A DNA stretch of 64,000 bases, taken from contig DATLUZ010000019.1 in NCBI GenBank assembly GCA_035577785.1, positions 1,498-65,497 of the forward strand, in the 5' to 3' direction. The position numbers were made by a program, and so were the translations under genes. Under the pieces are notes generated by a model that did not search any database, was not told the DNA's origin, and worked only from the letters and a program-made list of their open reading frames with translations. Of this stretch, positions 37,696-46,899 are shown piece after piece (the first letter of the stretch is position 1; each line of letters begins with the position of its first letter). The stretch is from Burkholderiales bacterium. GTDB taxonomy: Bacteria > Pseudomonadota > Gammaproteobacteria > Burkholderiales > SG8-39.

Positions 37696-38744
37696 GGAAA
37701 CTCCTGCTTTTCCTGGCGGCGATCCCCGCGGCGTTGTGCGCCCAGCCGTCGATGGAGCAGGCCGAGCGCATTTACCTCGATCAGAGTCCCGAGCGCGAGC
37801 AAAGACTCGTTGCCGCGGCAAAAAGGGAAGGCACGGTCTCCCTCTACACCTCGATGCAGATGCCCGATTCGCTGCCGCTTGCCCAGGCGTTCGAAAGAAA
37901 GCACGGAGTGAAGGTTTCGCTCTGGCGCGCGAGCGGGGAAAAGGTGGTCCAACGCGCCCTGACCGAGGCGCGCGGCGGCCGCTTCGACGTCGACGTGTTC
38001 GAAACGGACGGCGCACAGATGGAGATTCTGTATCGCGAGAAGCAGCTCGCGCCGTTTCACAGCCCCTCGCTCCAGGACATTCCGGCGGCGCTCGTCCCGT
38101 CGCACAGGCACTACGTCCCGACGCGTGTCACCCTGTATGTGCTCGCTTACAACACCGCGCGGCTTGCGCCGGGGGACGTGCCCAATTCGTACCAAGACCT
38201 GCTCCAGCCCAGGTGGCGCGGCCAGCTCGGGCTGGAGGCGGCCGACGTCGCCTGGTTCGCCGCCGTGACGAAGGCGATGGGCCGCGAAAAAGGCCTCGAC
38301 TACTTTCAAAAGCTCGCGGCGTCAGGCCCGGCGATGCGCAGCGGCCACACGCTTCTCGCGGAGCTGGTGGCCTCCGGCGAGATCCTGATCGTGCCGGACG
38401 CTCACGTTCAGGGGGTGGAGCGCTTGAAGAAGCGCGGCGCGCCGATCGAATGGAAGCCGCTCCAGCCCGCTTTCGGACAGCCGAGCTCGGTCGGTCTCTC
38501 GCCGCGCGCGCCGCACCCGCACGCCGCGCTCCTCTTCGCCGACTTCATCCTCTCGAAGGAAGGCCAGGAAATCATCAAGGCGCGCAATCGCGTGCCCTCG
38601 AGCCGGGCGGCCGACAGCCCGCTCAACAAGTTCGACTACGCTTTGGTCGATCCGGTGATCGTGCTCGACGAATGGGCGCAATGGGAAAAGCGCTGGTCGG
38701 CGCTCTTCCTCAAGGGCCAGAAGCTGCGGCGGGAAACCGATTAG
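37692..38744 (+). CDS. periplasmic ABC-type solute-binding protein (family 1, iron/polyamine-like)
   Basis: TTG 37692 overlaps the sulfatase stop. Signal peptide LRKLLLFLAAIPAALCA. SBP-like body. No permease or ATPase genes nearby. Confidence 0.6.
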   Translation: MRKLLLFLAAIPAALCAQPSMEQAERIYLDQSPEREQRLVAAAKREGTVSLYTSMQMPDSLPLAQAFERKHGVKVSLWRASGEKVVQRALTEARGGRFDVDVFETDGAQMEILYREKQLAPFHSPSLQDIPAALVPSHRHYVPTRVTLYVLAYNTARLAPGDVPNSYQDLLQPRWRGQLGLEAADVAWFAAVTKAMGREKGLDYFQKLAASGPAMRSGHTLLAELVASGEILIVPDAHVQGVERLKKRGAPIEWKPLQPAFGQPSSVGLSPRAPHPHAALLFADFILSKEGQEIIKARNRVPSSRAADSPLNKFDYALVDPVIVLDEWAQWEKRWSALFLKGQKLRRETD

Positions 38745-39070
38745 CGGCCGAGCTTGGCGAGCGTCTTGTCGCAATACGCAGACTCGATTCGCGTCCTAAG
38801 CAGGGCAAGCTTGCGGACTGCCTTCGCGCGCGCGGCGGCGTCCACCTCCTGCTGATTCACGAACCGCTCCAGGGTTGCGATGTCGTTGAGGGCTTGGACT
38901 TCGGGCGGAACGAAGCCCGCGTTCTTGAGGATGCGGTAAGCCGCGCGCAGCTCTTCCGGGATCAAGGCGTCGTCGTCGAGCTCGAGCGGCCGGCCCTCGC
39001 CGGGGAGATTGTCGAGCTCGCCGCGAGCGAGCGCTTCGGCGATCTTGCGTTCGGCGATCAGGTCGAACAT
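38741..39070 (-). CDS. DUF1992 (DnaJ-C28-like) protein
   Basis: IAERKIAEALARGELDNLPGEGRPLELDDD is typical of this family. Confidence 0.7.
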   Translation of the reverse strand: MFDLIAERKIAEALARGELDNLPGEGRPLELDDDALIPEELRAAYRILKNAGFVPPEVQALNDIATLERFVNQQEVDAAARAKAVRKLALLRTRIESAYCDKTLAKLGR

Positions 39071-39074
39071 GCCG

Positions 39075-40661
39075 CTAGTATCCCACCGCGGCGCCGTCGC
39101 TGCGCGGATCGGCGCCGCCGGCCAGCACGCCGCTCTCGCCGTCGATGGTGATGCCGTGGGCGTGGCCGGCGAGCTCGTTCCAGTCGCCCCAGCGGTCCAG
39201 CGGATGGCCGCGGCGAGCGAGCTCTTCGATGGTCGCCTCTGGATAGCGCGCCTCGATGTGCAGCGTGTCGCGTGCCTCGCCGAGCGCGAAACGCCCCGAG
39301 AGCCAGCGCGGCATCGCGAGCGCCTGCTGGATGTTTTGCCCGAAGTCGATCATGGCGACGTAGGTCTGCACGTGGATCTGCGGCTGGCCGTCCGCGCCCA
39401 TGCAGCCGACGAGCGCCCAGAGCTTTTCGTTCTTGAATGCGAGCGAGGCGATCAACGTGTGCAAGGGAACCTTGCCGGGCTCGAGCCGGTTGGGGTGTCG
39501 AGGGTCGAGCGAGAAGTACGCGCTGCGGTTCTGCATGACCACGCCGGCCTCGGCCGCGGTGACGCCGGCGCCGAAGATGCCGTACAGGCTGAAGATCAGG
39601 GACGCCGCATTGCCCTTCGCGTCCACCGCCGCGACGTAGACCGTGTCGCCGGCGAGGCTGCCTTCGGACGGAATCTTGTCCCACGGCAACGCGCGCCCCG
39701 CGTCGATCAACGCGCGGCGGGAATCGGCGTAGGCCTTCGACACGAGCCGCTCGATGGGCACTGCTGCGAAGGCCCGATCGGCAAGCCAGCGGTCGCGATC
39801 GTGGTAGGCAATCTGCTTCGCCTGCACCAGGAGATGGACGTGGTCGGGACCGAGAAACTCCCGCTGCGCCAATTCGAGCGGCTCGAGCAGGTTGAGCATC
39901 TCGAGCACCGTGAATCCCTGGGTCGGTGCCGGCGTCTCGTAAAGGGTCACGCCGCGGTAGCCGCCGCGGATCGGCTCGCCCCAGTAAGCGCCTTGTGCGG
40001 CGAGATCGCTCTCGCGGAAGAATCCGCCGAGCGCGGCGAGCTGCCTAGCGACCTCGCCTTCATAGAATCCGGCGCGACCCTGCGCGCCGATCGCTTCCAG
40101 CGTTCGCGCGAGGCTGGGATTTCGCAGCCGTGCGCCCGGACGCGGCGCCTGGCCCTGGGGCAGGAACAGCGCCGCCGATGCGGCGTCCAGCTCGTTGGCG
40201 GTCTCGCCGATCCAGCGGGAAAGGCGTGCCGTGACCGGGAAGCCATCGCGCGCATGGTGGATGGCGTCGTGCAGGCAGCGCGCCAGCGGCAGTTTTCCGT
40301 GTCGGGCGTGCGCTTCGCAAAAGCTCGCCACGGCGCCGGGCGTCGTGAGCGTGGCGGGCACGAGCCCGCGGAAGGGAATCTCCTTCTGCCCGCGAAAGCG
40401 CTCGAGCGTAGCGGCCGCGGCCGCGCGGCCGCCGCCGTCGAGGTACGACACCTTGCGCGCGCCTGCGTCGTAGATCAGCCAGAAAGCATCGCCGCCGATG
40501 CTGCACATGTGGGGGTAGACGACCGCGAGCGTAGCCGCGGCGGCGATGGCAGCGTCGACCGCCGAGCCGCCGGCGCGCAGCGCATCCGCGCCCGCGGCCG
40601 AGGCGAGCGCATGAGGCGAGGCCACCATGCCGCGCGTGGCCAGGGTGGGCGTGAAGATCAC
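39075..40661 (-). CDS. gamma-glutamyltransferase-family Ntn hydrolase
   Basis: MVASPHALASAAGADALRAGGSAVDAA. Nucleophile region GDTVYVAAVD. 528 aa. Confidence 0.85.
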   Translation of the reverse strand: MIFTPTLATRGMVASPHALASAAGADALRAGGSAVDAAIAAAATLAVVYPHMCSIGGDAFWLIYDAGARKVSYLDGGGRAAAAATLERFRGQKEIPFRGLVPATLTTPGAVASFCEAHARHGKLPLARCLHDAIHHARDGFPVTARLSRWIGETANELDAASAALFLPQGQAPRPGARLRNPSLARTLEAIGAQGRAGFYEGEVARQLAALGGFFRESDLAAQGAYWGEPIRGGYRGVTLYETPAPTQGFTVLEMLNLLEPLELAQREFLGPDHVHLLVQAKQIAYHDRDRWLADRAFAAVPIERLVSKAYADSRRALIDAGRALPWDKIPSEGSLAGDTVYVAAVDAKGNAASLIFSLYGIFGAGVTAAEAGVVMQNRSAYFSLDPRHPNRLEPGKVPLHTLIASLAFKNEKLWALVGCMGADGQPQIHVQTYVAMIDFGQNIQQALAMPRWLSGRFALGEARDTLHIEARYPEATIEELARRGHPLDRWGDWNELAGHAHGITIDGESGVLAGGADPRSDGAAVGY

Positions 40662-40664
40662 GGA

Positions 40665-41699
40665 TTACCGCTTGCGCTTCTTTGCCAGATTCTTTCGGGC
40701 GAGCGCCGCGCCCGCGGCGAGGGCCTTGAGCTTCGCCACCGCGATCTCGCGGTCCATCGGCGCCATGCCGCAGTTCGTGCAGGCATAGAAGTGCTTCGCC
40801 GGAACGTATTTCAGCGCGGCGCGGATCGTGCCTGCGACCTCTTCGGGGGTCTCGACCCGATCGTTGGCAACGTCGATCACGCCGACCAACACATCCTTGC
40901 CTTTCAATAGCTTCAATAATTCCAGGGGGACGTGCGAGTGTATGCACTCGAGCGACACCTGGTCGATCCTGCTCTTCGCGAGCGCGGGGAAGATCTCCTC
41001 GTACTGGCGCCATTCGTCGCCCAGGGTATTCTTCCAGTCGACGTTGGCCTGGATGCCGTAGCCATAGCAGATGTGGACCGCGGTGGTGCATTTCAGGCCC
41101 TGGATCGCGCGGTGCAGGGCATCGATGCCCCAGCGCTTCACGTCGTCCATGTAGACGTTGAAGGCGGGCTCGTCGAACTGGATCACGTCGACGCCGTCCT
41201 TCTCCAGCGCGCGCGCTTCCTGGTTGAGCAGCGCGGCGAAAGCCATCGCGAGCTTGACCTTGTCGCCGTAGTGCTCGTCGGCAATCGTGTCGACGATCGT
41301 CATCGGCCCCGGCAGGGTGATCTTGCGCGGCTTGTTGGTGTGATTCTTCAGCAACAGCGCCTCGGTCCGGTGCACGCGGCCCTTCAGGCGCAGCTCGGCG
41401 GTGACCACCGGCACCATCGCGTCGTAGCGGTTGTTGCGGATGCCCATCTTCACCTTGCGGCCGAAATCGATGCCGTCGACGAACTCGAGAAAGCCGTGGA
41501 CGAAATGCTGGCGCGACTGCTCGCCGTCGGTGACGATGTCGATGCCCGCGTCCTCCTGCTCCTTGAGCCAGAGCAGGGTGGCGTCGCGCTTCGCGCGCTC
41601 GAGCTCGGCGCCCGCGCCGCGCCACGTCGGCCAGAGCTTCTTCGGTTCGGCGAGCCACTCGGGCTTGGGCAGGCTGCCGGCAATGGTAGTTTTTAGCAT
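40665..41699 (-). CDS. cobalamin-independent methionine synthase family protein (MetE catalytic-domain-only type)
   Basis: TTIAGSLPKPEWL, DIVTDGEQSRQHF and C-terminal CTNCGMAP zinc-ligand region. Confidence 0.8.
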   Translation of the reverse strand: MLKTTIAGSLPKPEWLAEPKKLWPTWRGAGAELERAKRDATLLWLKEQEDAGIDIVTDGEQSRQHFVHGFLEFVDGIDFGRKVKMGIRNNRYDAMVPVVTAELRLKGRVHRTEALLLKNHTNKPRKITLPGPMTIVDTIADEHYGDKVKLAMAFAALLNQEARALEKDGVDVIQFDEPAFNVYMDDVKRWGIDALHRAIQGLKCTTAVHICYGYGIQANVDWKNTLGDEWRQYEEIFPALAKSRIDQVSLECIHSHVPLELLKLLKGKDVLVGVIDVANDRVETPEEVAGTIRAALKYVPAKHFYACTNCGMAPMDREIAVAKLKALAAGAALARKNLAKKRKR

Positions 41700-41760
41700 G
41701 GGTGTCGGGTGCTCCTGTCGGGAATTTTGGACAGCGACTAAATCGCGATACGCAAATATA

Positions 41761-42045
41761 ATGCGCGGCTACAAGGCGTGCTTCAGCACGGCTTCGATGG
41801 GGAGGCTTCTCGTGGCGTTGGGTGTGATCGTGGGGACGTTCTTTTCGTTCGTGCTGGGCATCTTCAACCCGTATGTGAGCAACAAGGCCGGCCCGGACTG
41901 GATGTGGACCGGCGGCCGCGACGACGTCATCCGCAACCTCTATTTCAAGCCGAACGGCAGCTTCCGCCGCTACGGCCGCGCGGCGCTTCTCGCGACGCTC
42001 TCGCTCGGCCCCGTCGCGCTCTACTGGCTGCTCACGCACGCCTAG
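41761..42045 (+). CDS. small membrane protein, hypothetical
   Basis: Two hydrophobic segments (LLVALGVIVGTFFSFVLGIF, LLATLSLGPVALYWLL). Start could be 41761 or 41797. Followed by a terminator-like hairpin. Confidence 0.45.
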   Translation: MRGYKACFSTASMGRLLVALGVIVGTFFSFVLGIFNPYVSNKAGPDWMWTGGRDDVIRNLYFKPNGSFRRYGRAALLATLSLGPVALYWLLTHA

Positions 42046-42062
42046 ACCGGAACAATTCCACA

Positions 42063-42092
42063 GTGGCCGTCTTCACGGCGGCTTTTTCTTTT
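42063..42092 (+). terminator. rho-independent terminator candidate
   Basis: GTGGCCG-TCTTCA-CGGCGGC stem-loop (5 of 7 bases paired) followed by TTTTTCTTTT. Confidence 0.5.
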
Positions 42093-42151
42093 GTGGAGTA
42101 GAGTGCCGCCCACGGTCCTCACGGACACTATTAGAAAAGAAGGGAGTCATC

Positions 42152-42382
42152 ATGGTCCGAGTCATCGTGGCGGTGATGGTGTTGGGTCTGGCGGGTGCGG
42201 CCTCGGCGCAGTCGACGAGAAAGCCCTGCGACGAGCTGAAGGCCGAGATCGACGCCAAGATCAAGAAGAACGGCGTGGACAAGTTCACCCTCGACGTGGT
42301 CGACACCGAGGCGCAGGCCGAAGGCAAGGTGGTCGGCACCTGCGACGGCGGCACGAAGAAGATCGTCTACAAGCGCGGGTAA
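42152..42382 (+). CDS. DUF1161-family small periplasmic protein
   Basis: Signal peptide, then CDELKAEIDAKIKKNGV...GKVVGTCDGGTKKIVYKRG. Confidence 0.75.
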   Translation: MVRVIVAVMVLGLAGAASAQSTRKPCDELKAEIDAKIKKNGVDKFTLDVVDTEAQAEGKVVGTCDGGTKKIVYKRG

Positions 42383-42389
42383 GGCTGTA

Positions 42390-42453
42390 GCAGCACCCCA
42401 ATTGCAGCACCCCAATTCGGGGTCCGGATCGCGATTATTCGATCCTGACCCCG
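42390..42453. repeat. tandem 14-mer (GCAGCACCCCAATT x2) followed by a 14-bp-stem hairpin
   Basis: 14-mer copies at 42390-42403 and 42404-42417. Hairpin CGGGGTCCGGATCG-N8-CGATCCTGACCCCG (one mismatch), followed by ATTTCATTT. Confidence 0.75.
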
Positions 42454-42460
42454 ATTTCAT

Positions 42461-43078
42461 TTGCGGTTCCCGGGTAACCTAGCGGCCGTGAAGAAGCGGC
42501 TGATCGTGGGGATCACGGGGGCCACCGGCGCCATCTACGGCGTCGAGCTGCTGCGCACGCTGAAGACGCTGGACGACTGGGAGAGCCACGTCGTGCTTTC
42601 GGACGCCGGCGCGCTCAATCTCTGGCACGAGCTCAAGATGCGCCGCAAGGACCTCGAGAAGCTCGCCGCCGAGGCCTACAACCCCAAGGACATCGCCGCC
42701 ACCATCGCTAGCGGGTCGTTCCTTACCGAGGGCATGGTCATCGCCCCCTGCTCGATGAAAACGCTCGCCGCCGTGGCGCACGCGCACGCCGACGACCTGA
42801 TATCACGCGCCGCGGACGTGGTGCTGAAGGAGCGCCGCCGGCTGGTGCTGGTGCCCCGCGAGACGCCGCTCAACCTCGCGCACCTGCGCAACATGACCGC
42901 CGTGACCGAGATGGGCGCGATCGTGATGCCGCCGGTGCCCGCGTTCTACGCCCTGCCGAAATCGATCGAGGACCTGGTCGCGCACACGGTGGGCAGGATC
43001 CTCGACCTTTTCGGCGAGCACTCCGCCAGGCTCAGCCGCTGGCAAGGGATGAAAGGAAGTCCCCAAGAGCGCGATTGA
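42461..43078 (+). CDS. ubiX: UbiX-family flavin prenyltransferase
   Basis: RLIVGITGATGAIYGVELL, MVIAPCSMKTLAAVAHAHADDL, VLVPRETPL. The true start may be GTG 42488. Confidence 0.9.
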   Translation: MRFPGNLAAVKKRLIVGITGATGAIYGVELLRTLKTLDDWESHVVLSDAGALNLWHELKMRRKDLEKLAAEAYNPKDIAATIASGSFLTEGMVIAPCSMKTLAAVAHAHADDLISRAADVVLKERRRLVLVPRETPLNLAHLRNMTAVTEMGAIVMPPVPAFYALPKSIEDLVAHTVGRILDLFGEHSARLSRWQGMKGSPQERD

Positions 43079-43832
43079 ACGCCTCGGGCTGCTCGATGTT
43101 GGAAAGGTGGGCGGCCTGCGGGATCAGGGTGAGCTTCGCGCCGGGGAGGTTCTGCTGGATCTCGCGCGCCATCGCCGGCGGCGTGCCCGGGTCGTTCTCG
43201 CCGCAGATGACGAGCGCCGGCGTCTTGATCTCCTTCAGCCTCGCGGTGACGTTGATCTTCGGAATCGCCGCGCAGCAGCCGGCGTAGCCCGCCACCGGAG
43301 TGTTCCCGATGAGATCGGCGACCTGCTTCACCTTTTCGGGATGACTTTTGCGAAAGGGCTCCGTGAACCAGCGCTCGAGCGTCGGCTGGACGAGCGGCGC
43401 CATGCCCTTCGATTCGGCGGTGCGGATGCGCTCTTCCCACATCGGCGCGGCTTCCGCCGGGTAGCGGCTGGTGGTGTCGGCGAGCGTCATGCTGCGGAAG
43501 ATGCCGGGATACTTGAGCGCCGCGGTCTGCCCGATCATCCCGCCCATCGACAGGCCAACATAATGCGGTTTTTCTATTTTCAAATGCCTAAGAAGCGCTT
43601 GCAGATCATCGGCGAGCGCTTCAAGCGTATACGGGCCTTTCGGCGCCGCGCTCTGGCCGTGGCCGCGCGTGTCGTAGGCGAGCACGCAGTGCTTCGCCTT
43701 GTGCCGCTCGATCTCGCCGTCCCACATGCGTACGCTGCACGCGAGCGAGTGGCTGAAGACCAGCCAGGTGGGCGCGTTCCTGTTGCCATGGATTTCGTAG
43801 TAGGTCTCGATGCCGTTGACGGTCGCTTTCAT
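43032..43832 (-). CDS. alpha/beta hydrolase (3-oxoadipate enol-lactonase-like)
   Basis: Start MKATVNGIETYY at 43832. GLSMGG nucleophile elbow. Distal His in AAHLSNIEQPE. Confidence 0.8.
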   Translation of the reverse strand: MKATVNGIETYYEIHGNRNAPTWLVFSHSLACSVRMWDGEIERHKAKHCVLAYDTRGHGQSAAPKGPYTLEALADDLQALLRHLKIEKPHYVGLSMGGMIGQTAALKYPGIFRSMTLADTTSRYPAEAAPMWEERIRTAESKGMAPLVQPTLERWFTEPFRKSHPEKVKQVADLIGNTPVAGYAGCCAAIPKINVTARLKEIKTPALVICGENDPGTPPAMAREIQQNLPGAKLTLIPQAAHLSNIEQPEAFNRALGDFLSSLASG

Positions 43833-44983
43833 GCGGTCTCCACGATTAAGGGAATCACCATCTCGTCGGCGGTCGGGCCGCCGTGGTTGCCGATATGCAG
43901 GTGGCGGGCCTCGCCCGCGATCCAGTCCTTCACGGTGTAGGGCCCGTTCATGACCAGGGCGACGTCGCCGACGCGCTCGGCGAAGCGCGGATGCGCCTCG
44001 CCCGGTCCGAACCAGCCTTCGCGCACGAGCTGCGCGCTCGGCTTCACCTCCGCCCGCTCGCCCAGCCAGTCGCGCGCCTTTTGCGCGAACGCATCGCTGT
44101 CGTGCACGTGGCAGTAGGCCACGCGGCGCTCGCCGCACAGCGGAAAGCGCAGCATCGCGGCGAGCGACGCGGGAAGCTCGAGCGCCGCTTCGAGCGGCAC
44201 GTCGATGAAGCCGTGGTCCGCGGTCGCGACCACCGTGGTCTCGGTGCCCGAAAGCCTCTGCAGCAGGTCTCCGAACGCGGCGTCGATGCGCTCGAACTCG
44301 CGCGCGGCTTCGGCGCTGCGCGAGCCGTAGCGGTGCGAGGTGGCGTCGTACGCGGGCCAGTAGGCGTAGACGAACTTGCGCTCCGGGCCCGATTTCACCG
44401 CGGCCTCGACCTCGGCCACGAAGCGCTCCAGGCTGTCGTACGCGCGGCGCTCGGCGGCCGCGCAGTGGTACAGGTTGTACTCGGAGGCGATGATCTCGGC
44501 GGAGGAAACGATGATCGCGCGCGCCTGCATGCTCTCGAAGATCGGTCTCGCCGTGAACGCGCGCTCGGGGGTGAAGCCTTTCTCGCGTAGGGGCAGCATG
44601 TCGCCGCGCGTGCGAAAGGGCAGCGGCGCGGCCACGTAGCCGGCCTCGCCGAAATAGGTGTACCAGCCCGTGATGCCGTGCTCGACCGGGGTGCAGCCGG
44701 TGTACGAGGTGGTAATCGCGGACGCGGTGGTGGATGGAAACACCGACGTGAGCGCCCCTCGCCGCCGGCGCGCCAGCTCGCCGCCCTTGCCCTGCCGCAT
44801 CAGGTAGTTGTCGCCCAGCCCGTCGAGGATGACGAGCACGACATTGCGCGCGCGCTCTAGTTCCCGGGGCTCGAGCAGCGCGGCCGCCGGGTGCCGCGGC
44901 GGCCCGCCGCACGCCTCGACCAGCGACGCGACGAGATTGACCAGGCTGCCGCCCCCGTACGCGGGCAGGACGCGGGCTTCCAT
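43829..44983 (-). CDS. alkaline-phosphatase-superfamily protein (type I phosphodiesterase / nucleotide pyrophosphatase-like)
   Basis: VLVILDGLG, FPSTTASAITT (nucleophile Thr) and ATADHGF. Confidence 0.7.
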   Translation of the reverse strand: MEARVLPAYGGGSLVNLVASLVEACGGPPRHPAAALLEPRELERARNVVLVILDGLGDNYLMRQGKGGELARRRRGALTSVFPSTTASAITTSYTGCTPVEHGITGWYTYFGEAGYVAAPLPFRTRGDMLPLREKGFTPERAFTARPIFESMQARAIIVSSAEIIASEYNLYHCAAAERRAYDSLERFVAEVEAAVKSGPERKFVYAYWPAYDATSHRYGSRSAEAAREFERIDAAFGDLLQRLSGTETTVVATADHGFIDVPLEAALELPASLAAMLRFPLCGERRVAYCHVHDSDAFAQKARDWLGERAEVKPSAQLVREGWFGPGEAHPRFAERVGDVALVMNGPYTVKDWIAGEARHLHIGNHGGPTADEMVIPLIVETA

Positions 44984-45036
44984 GACGGCGAAATTTTAAA
45001 GGTAGAATGCGGCCATCCCCTCCCGAGGTTCTCGCC

Positions 45037-45591
45037 ATGCGGCTCGAAGTCCACGTCCACGCGGACATCCCGATTCTCGAAGGCGTCTCCAAGCGCCAGC
45101 TCGAGCAGGCCTTCGCGCCGCTGCTCGAATACCTGGACGCGGACGGCCTCTCCGACGTGAAGAGCCTGGAGCCCGACGAGCCCGGCATCCGCTACGACGA
45201 AAAGGACCTGCTGCTGTACCTCTGCTGGACCGGCGAGATCGGCCGCAGCTTCCACGGCGCGCTCGAGGCGACGCTCGAGAACCTCGGCCCCTACTGCTAC
45301 GAGGCGGTCGAGGTCGACGTCACCACCTATCTCGAGAACGGCGAGCAGGAGTCGAAGCTGCTCTTCGTCGGCCCGACCGCGCAGGCGATCCACGAGGCGC
45401 AGCGCCGCTGCATGGTCGAGGATGTCGCCGCGATCCTGGGGCGCCAGTTCGACAAGACGGCGATCGCCCAGGTCACCGCGCTGGTGAACGAGCTGTTCGA
45501 CCGCGACTGGAAGGACAAGGCTTCGCAGGAGAAGAAGCCCGAGCGCGCGTTCGAGACTTATACGCGCCCGTCGCGGAAGAATTTGCATTGA
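45037..45591 (+). CDS. conserved hypothetical acidic protein
   Basis: ATG 45037 is preceded by GAGG and by a TAGAAT -10-like box at 45003-45008. Host-like codon usage. No recognised motif. Confidence 0.55.
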   Translation: MRLEVHVHADIPILEGVSKRQLEQAFAPLLEYLDADGLSDVKSLEPDEPGIRYDEKDLLLYLCWTGEIGRSFHGALEATLENLGPYCYEAVEVDVTTYLENGEQESKLLFVGPTAQAIHEAQRRCMVEDVAAILGRQFDKTAIAQVTALVNELFDRDWKDKASQEKKPERAFETYTRPSRKNLH

Positions 45592-46899
45592 GTGGCGGGG
45601 CCAAAGTACCCCCGATTTGAAACGCTGGCCCTGCACGCGGGCCAGTCGCCCGACCCGGCGACCGGCAGCCGCGCGGTGCCGATCTACCAGACCACCTCGT
45701 ACGTCTTCCGCGACACCGAGCACGCCGCGTCGCTCTTCAACATGGAGCGCGCGGGCCACGTCTACTCGCGCATCTCGAACCCTACAGTCGCCGTACTGGA
45801 AGAGCGGATAGCGGCGCTCGAGGGCGGCGTTGGCGCGATTGCCACTGCCTCCGGCCAGGCGGCGCTGCACCTGGCGGTCGCGACGCTCATGGGCGCGGGC
45901 GACCACGTAGTCGCCTCGGGCTCGCTCTACGGCGGCTCGCACAACCTGCTCGGCTACACGCTGAAGCGCTTCGGCATCGAGACGACCTTCGTCAATCCGA
46001 GAGAGCTCGATGCGTGGAAGAAGGCGATCCGGCCCAATACCCGCCTGCTGTTCGGGGAAACGCTCGGCAATCCCGGGCTCGACGTGCTCGACATCCCTTC
46101 GGTCGCGGCGATAGCGCACGCGGCCAAGCTGCCGCTGCTCGTCGACGCGACTTTCACTACGCCCTATCTCATGAACCATTTCGGGCTCGGCGCCGATCTG
46201 CTCTACCACTCGGCGACCAAGTTCCTCGGCGGCCACGGCGTGGCGATCGGCGGCGTGCTGGTGGACTCGGGCCGCTTCGACTGGGAGGCCTCCGGCAAGT
46301 TCGCCACGCTCACCGCGCCCTACGAGGGCTTCCACGGCATGGATTTCGAGGAGGAGTCGGGCACGCGTGCTTTCCTGCTGCGCGCGCGGCGTGAGGGCTT
46401 GCGCGACTTCGGCGCCTGCATGGCGCCGATGACCGCGTTCCAGATCCTCCAGGGCGTCGAGACGCTGCACGTGCGCATGCCGCGGCACGTCGAGAATACC
46501 CGGGCCGTTGTCGGTTTTCTCTCCAACCATCCTCAAGTAAGTAAAGTGATCTACCCGGAGCTCGAGTCTCACCCGGACCACGCGCTGGTCAAACGCCTGC
46601 TGCCGAAAGGCGCCGGCGCGGTGTTCTCGTTCGAGATCAAGGGCGGCCGGCCCGCCGGGCGCAAGTTCATCGAGTCGCTGCGCGTGTTCTCCCACCTCGC
46701 CAATGTCGGCGACGCCAAGTCGCTGGTGATTCACCCGGCAACCACGACCCACTACCGCATGAGCGACGCGGATCTCGCAAAGTCCGGCATCACCGCCGGC
46801 ACGGTGCGCCTGTCGATCGGGCTCGAGGCGAGCGCCGACCTGATCGAGGACCTGGACCGCGCCCTCCAGGCAGCAAGTCGGGCGGCGGCGAAGGCCTGA
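45592..46899 (+). CDS. metY: O-acetylhomoserine aminocarboxypropyltransferase (sulfhydrylase)
   Basis: RFETLALHAGQ, YSRISNPT and the PLP lysine motif HSATKFLGGHG. 435 aa. Confidence 0.9.
   Translation: MAGPKYPRFETLALHAGQSPDPATGSRAVPIYQTTSYVFRDTEHAASLFNMERAGHVYSRISNPTVAVLEERIAALEGGVGAIATASGQAALHLAVATLMGAGDHVVASGSLYGGSHNLLGYTLKRFGIETTFVNPRELDAWKKAIRPNTRLLFGETLGNPGLDVLDIPSVAAIAHAAKLPLLVDATFTTPYLMNHFGLGADLLYHSATKFLGGHGVAIGGVLVDSGRFDWEASGKFATLTAPYEGFHGMDFEEESGTRAFLLRARREGLRDFGACMAPMTAFQILQGVETLHVRMPRHVENTRAVVGFLSNHPQVSKVIYPELESHPDHALVKRLLPKGAGAVFSFEIKGGRPAGRKFIESLRVFSHLANVGDAKSLVIHPATTTHYRMSDADLAKSGITAGTVRLSIGLEASADLIEDLDRALQAASRAAAKA

Noticed and set aside
41700-41760. Cobalamin or SAM riboswitch upstream of the MetE-like gene
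   Set aside because: The leader is only about 60 nt, far too short for either riboswitch class. It contains only a promoter-like TATATT and a Shine-Dalgarno sequence.
42390-42417. Possible CRISPR-like array, considering this tandem 14-mer and the tandem 12-mer at 48991-49026
   Set aside because: There are only 2-3 directly abutting copies with no spacers. The units are far shorter than CRISPR repeats, and there are no cas genes in the window.
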